Both the position numbers and the translations under genes were made by a program. A stretch of DNA of 64,000 nucleotides, taken from NCBI GenBank assembly GCA_918797485.1, contig CAKKNE010000005.1, positions 1,364,001 to 1,428,000 of the forward strand, given 5' to 3'. The notes beneath the pieces were generated by a model. It had not been told where the DNA came from. It made no database searches and saw only the letters and a list, made by a program, of their open reading frames with translations. This DNA comes from Pelagomonas calceolata (Eukaryota). Below, piece after piece: positions 61,061 through 64,000 of this stretch (the first letter of the stretch is position 1; each line of letters starts with the position of its first letter).

Positions 61061-61082
61061 CTAGCGTCATGTAAGACACTAG
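61061..61082 (+). promoter_or_regulatory. CTAG-bounded promoter element
   Basis: CTAGCGTCATGTAAGACACTAG in a divergent gap. Confidence 0.7.
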
Positions 61083-61243
61083 CAAAGCAAGGAGGCAGCA
61101 CAAACGGGACAAAGGGGTGCCCACAGATTCAAAGACTCGTTCGCGAATCATTTCACTTACCCACCATCACTTGCTGCGGCGCGAGCATCGAGATTACATT
61201 ACTAGGCGCTCTCTTTTTTTAGTCCACTCTCCAGAGGAGCACA

Positions 61244-62323
61244 ATGGACATTGCTGCGCTCGAAACGTATGTGCGTGACCTCGATGTCAGCAATTGTAGT
61301 AAGCCCGAGCTGCGCCGACTCTTGGCGGCGGCATCCTCGATCGCGGCGCGGGGTCGCGCGGAGATCGAGGCACGACCCTGCACGTTTCCTGCGCGACTGG
61401 CGCCGCTCGTCACGCAATGGCTGCCGCTCAGCGATGTTGGTGCCGCGTTGAGCTGTTCGGGTCAGTGGCGCGACACCTCGGAGTGGGCGTTCCAGCTGGT
61501 CGCGGCGCGGATCGGCCTCGCACATGAACGAGGGGTTTCGTGGAGAGAAAACGTGAAGCACAGGCTCCGCTGGATTGGGGAGGCCCGCGAACCCGGGTCC
61601 GTGGAGGTGGAGCTCGCTCGGGCTCTGTCTTGGACTACTGGCGGCGCGTTAACATGTACTGCCCCGGGGTATGGCTCGGGTGACACATACTTTGTCGGCA
61701 GCGGCTTCCGGATGCCCGAGCAGGGCGCGCGCACTGTCGAGTGGCGCGTGCACATGACACGGGATGCTACTACGAACCCTATTGACGCCTGCGGATTTGC
61801 GCTCCTGGACTCTACGAGAAGTCAAATACTCCTATCCTACCACTGGAATAGCGATGGCCAATTGTATGAAGGAGATCAATACCAGACCCCATGGATGCGC
61901 GAACGTCGGGTTCATGATGCTGATGACGAGGATAACCCCGATATTTTTGGCACCGATGCTACGCTACAGATCACCGTGGATCCCACATGGCACCAAAACC
62001 GACGGGGAGGCTCCGACCAAGTGGTTAACACCTTGGTGATCTTCGGATATTTGTACCTGGTCGAGTCGGATGGCTCGCTTACAGGACTTTCCGCGTTTAA
62101 TTATAACGTGGAGCGATACTATTACTCAAATCAACTCGATGATTTCTTTCGGCGCTGTGGAGTGCACAACCAGTGGGACGGTGAGAATGTCTGCGACCTC
62201 TGCGTCGTACCGTTTGTCCGCCTCTTTGAGGATTCGACCGCGACGCTCTCGCGAGTGCCAGCTGGGCCGGAGGCAGCGGGATCGAACGAGTCTAGAAGGG
62301 TGTCCGTAATAAGACATTGGTGA
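61244..62323 (+). CDS. Hypothetical protein with an F-box-like motif and beta-rich C-terminal domain
   Basis: FPARLAPLVTQWLPLSDVGAALSCSGQWR within a 359-aa ORF. Confidence 0.55.
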   Translation: MDIAALETYVRDLDVSNCSKPELRRLLAAASSIAARGRAEIEARPCTFPARLAPLVTQWLPLSDVGAALSCSGQWRDTSEWAFQLVAARIGLAHERGVSWRENVKHRLRWIGEAREPGSVEVELARALSWTTGGALTCTAPGYGSGDTYFVGSGFRMPEQGARTVEWRVHMTRDATTNPIDACGFALLDSTRSQILLSYHWNSDGQLYEGDQYQTPWMRERRVHDADDEDNPDIFGTDATLQITVDPTWHQNRRGGSDQVVNTLVIFGYLYLVESDGSLTGLSAFNYNVERYYYSNQLDDFFRRCGVHNQWDGENVCDLCVVPFVRLFEDSTATLSRVPAGPEAAGSNESRRVSVIRHW

Positions 62324-62351
62324 CGACTACACAAAAATACAATACATCCAC

Positions 62352-63719
62352 TTACGTCTTGTCGTCGAGTTTTGAGTAGGCCGACCGCTGCGCGTCCGAC
62401 GCGCCGCGGCCCTTGAGCGACACATACGCGAGCACGGCCGCGCCGAACGCTAATAGCAATGTCCCGGCCGTGATGATCACTAAAGCCAGGAACCCGACGG
62501 CGTCGTAGATCGGGTAGAAGGCCACCGTACCGAGGACGGCGCCCGCCTTCGCGGCCCCGGCAACCAATCCGTGCGCCGCGGCGGCGACCTCCGGCGGGGC
62601 CACCGAGACTGGATAGGCGTATAACGTCGCCGACGGTAATCCGACCACGATCCTGATCAAGATGCAGGCCACGAACCGCGACGTAATGTTCTCGAGAAAT
62701 ACTACTACGAGTATGCTGACCGAGGCCGTCAATAGCGTCGTGGCGAAGGACTCGAGCACGGCCTTCGACGGGTCGTCGGGGTTCCTCCGCAGGAACAACA
62801 GCGAGAAGCAGCACGCGCCGAAGGCGCCCACGCTCACGAGCAGCGACACGCCGAAGGTGTTTTGTATGGACAGACCGGGCAGAGCCTCATCGAGCACGAA
62901 GGGATAGACCAGGGAGATGCCATAATTCGCGAAGTTCTGCAGGAACCAGGCCATGCCATTGAGCTGCACCGACATGAGGACACCCGCGTCCGCTAGGACA
63001 TCATAGGTCTGTTGTTGTGATGCGCGTGGCCGTCTCTGTGTGTCGATGGCTTCTCCTGATAACGAGTAGTACCGCCAGGCACATAGCAAAGCCATGAGCG
63101 CGCCGAACGCAAAAATACACCGCCATTGCGGGCCCGTGTCGTCGAGACCCAGCACCAGCAACAAGAGCCAGCCCACCAAGTACAAAACTACTTGGCCCAG
63201 CACCACGCCCGTACTAGCTAGCCCGACGGCGACGGGCGTGTGCCTCCTCGATTCTAGAGCCGCGGCCAAAGTGTAGATACCGCCGCCGCCGAACCCGGCC
63301 CCTATCCTCGCGACCATCAACGCGTAGCCCGCCCAGGTCGTGAAGAGCGACGTCTCGATGGACGCTTTCAAGGCGTCTGTCGGTAGTACAGCACATACTG
63401 CAGAAAACGCGGCGCACAACAGAGCCGCAGCTGCCGCTAGTCTGGCGGTCGACGCGTGCCAGTCCTCCTGGACGCTATCCGCTCGAACCCCGAAGTAGGC
63501 CATGCCGCCGACGGCGCCGATGAGCGCCGTCGAATCGAGCGCGGCGCCGCCCAACGCGCTGATCGAACCCCATTGTTCAGACCATAGAGCTAATGTGACG
63601 GAGAAGACGGAAATGAGGTAGCCGAAGGTCGTCACTGGTAAGACGTTGAGCAGGACGTTTCCTACTCCCAGTTCGTCGTCGGCGGCGCCGAGGAGGGGGG
63701 TATTTGCTTCATCTGCCAT
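62352..63719 (-). CDS. Major facilitator superfamily transporter, divergent PHT1/PHO84-like
   Basis: About 12 TM segments; RIGAGFGGGGIYTLAA, WFLQNFANYG and AHGLVAGAAKAGAVLG; N-terminal dileucine EANTPLL. Confidence 0.75.
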   Translation of the reverse strand: MADEANTPLLGAADDELGVGNVLLNVLPVTTFGYLISVFSVTLALWSEQWGSISALGGAALDSTALIGAVGGMAYFGVRADSVQEDWHASTARLAAAAALLCAAFSAVCAVLPTDALKASIETSLFTTWAGYALMVARIGAGFGGGGIYTLAAALESRRHTPVAVGLASTGVVLGQVVLYLVGWLLLLVLGLDDTGPQWRCIFAFGALMALLCAWRYYSLSGEAIDTQRRPRASQQQTYDVLADAGVLMSVQLNGMAWFLQNFANYGISLVYPFVLDEALPGLSIQNTFGVSLLVSVGAFGACCFSLLFLRRNPDDPSKAVLESFATTLLTASVSILVVVFLENITSRFVACILIRIVVGLPSATLYAYPVSVAPPEVAAAAHGLVAGAAKAGAVLGTVAFYPIYDAVGFLALVIITAGTLLLAFGAAVLAYVSLKGRGASDAQRSAYSKLDDKT

Positions 63720-64000
63720 AGTGAGGCTGCTTGTATCGCTGGCCGCGCCGCGCGGCGGCAGCCGGGGCCGTCGAGGGCTCGCCGAGGCTGTCAACGGGGC
63801 AGCCCGGTTCGTCACGTCGGCCGCTTTACAGGCTTGCGAGCGCCGCGCCCATGCATCGAAACAGAGAAACCTACTAGTAGTAGGGGCAAAAGGTACCCCA
63901 GCCTTCGTTCGTCGGCCCAAGCATCTCTCCCCGAGCGCGACCAGAGATGGGGAGGGTGGACATCGGGCGCGACTCTCAGTCCTGGGAAGGCCAGGCTCCA

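Noticed and set aside
1..64000. tRNA, rRNA, transposase, integrase or viral genes
   Set aside because: No recognisable signatures were found by eye; small ncRNAs cannot be excluded without covariance-model searches.

Overview
Gene-dense, very GC-rich eukaryotic nuclear DNA with about 40 mostly single-exon genes and short intergenic gaps. Bipartite plastid-targeting presequences, light-dependent POR, SAS-6 and introner-type introns point to a flagellated pelagophyte alga (Pelagomonas-like; inference). Recognisable genes include plastid dihydrolipoamide dehydrogenase, TAF13, a CobW GTPase, EBP2, IMPase, CTNNBL1, PRCC, EFL1, SAS-6, POR, SFT2 and a PHT1/PHO84-like MFS transporter. Eight spliceosomal introns were resolved by hand. 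Main highlights: (1) a quasi-palindromic ~21-bp element, CTAGCG-N3-4-GTAAGRCACTAG, found about 12 times, only upstream of genes and mostly in divergent promoters; (2) an introner (intron-generating transposon) family with 11-bp TIRs, an 8-bp target-site duplication and a shared internal motif, seen at several stages of decay; (3) a four-exon gene encoding a TET/JBP-like 2OG-Fe(II) dioxygenase fused to an ILEI/GG-type domain; (4) a 1911-aa Myb/Tudor/AP2 protein ending in a 2OG-Fe(II) dioxygenase-like domain; (5) an MLO-like membrane protein with four EF-hands and an N-terminal Cys mini-domain. All domain calls are motif recognition by eye, not database searches.
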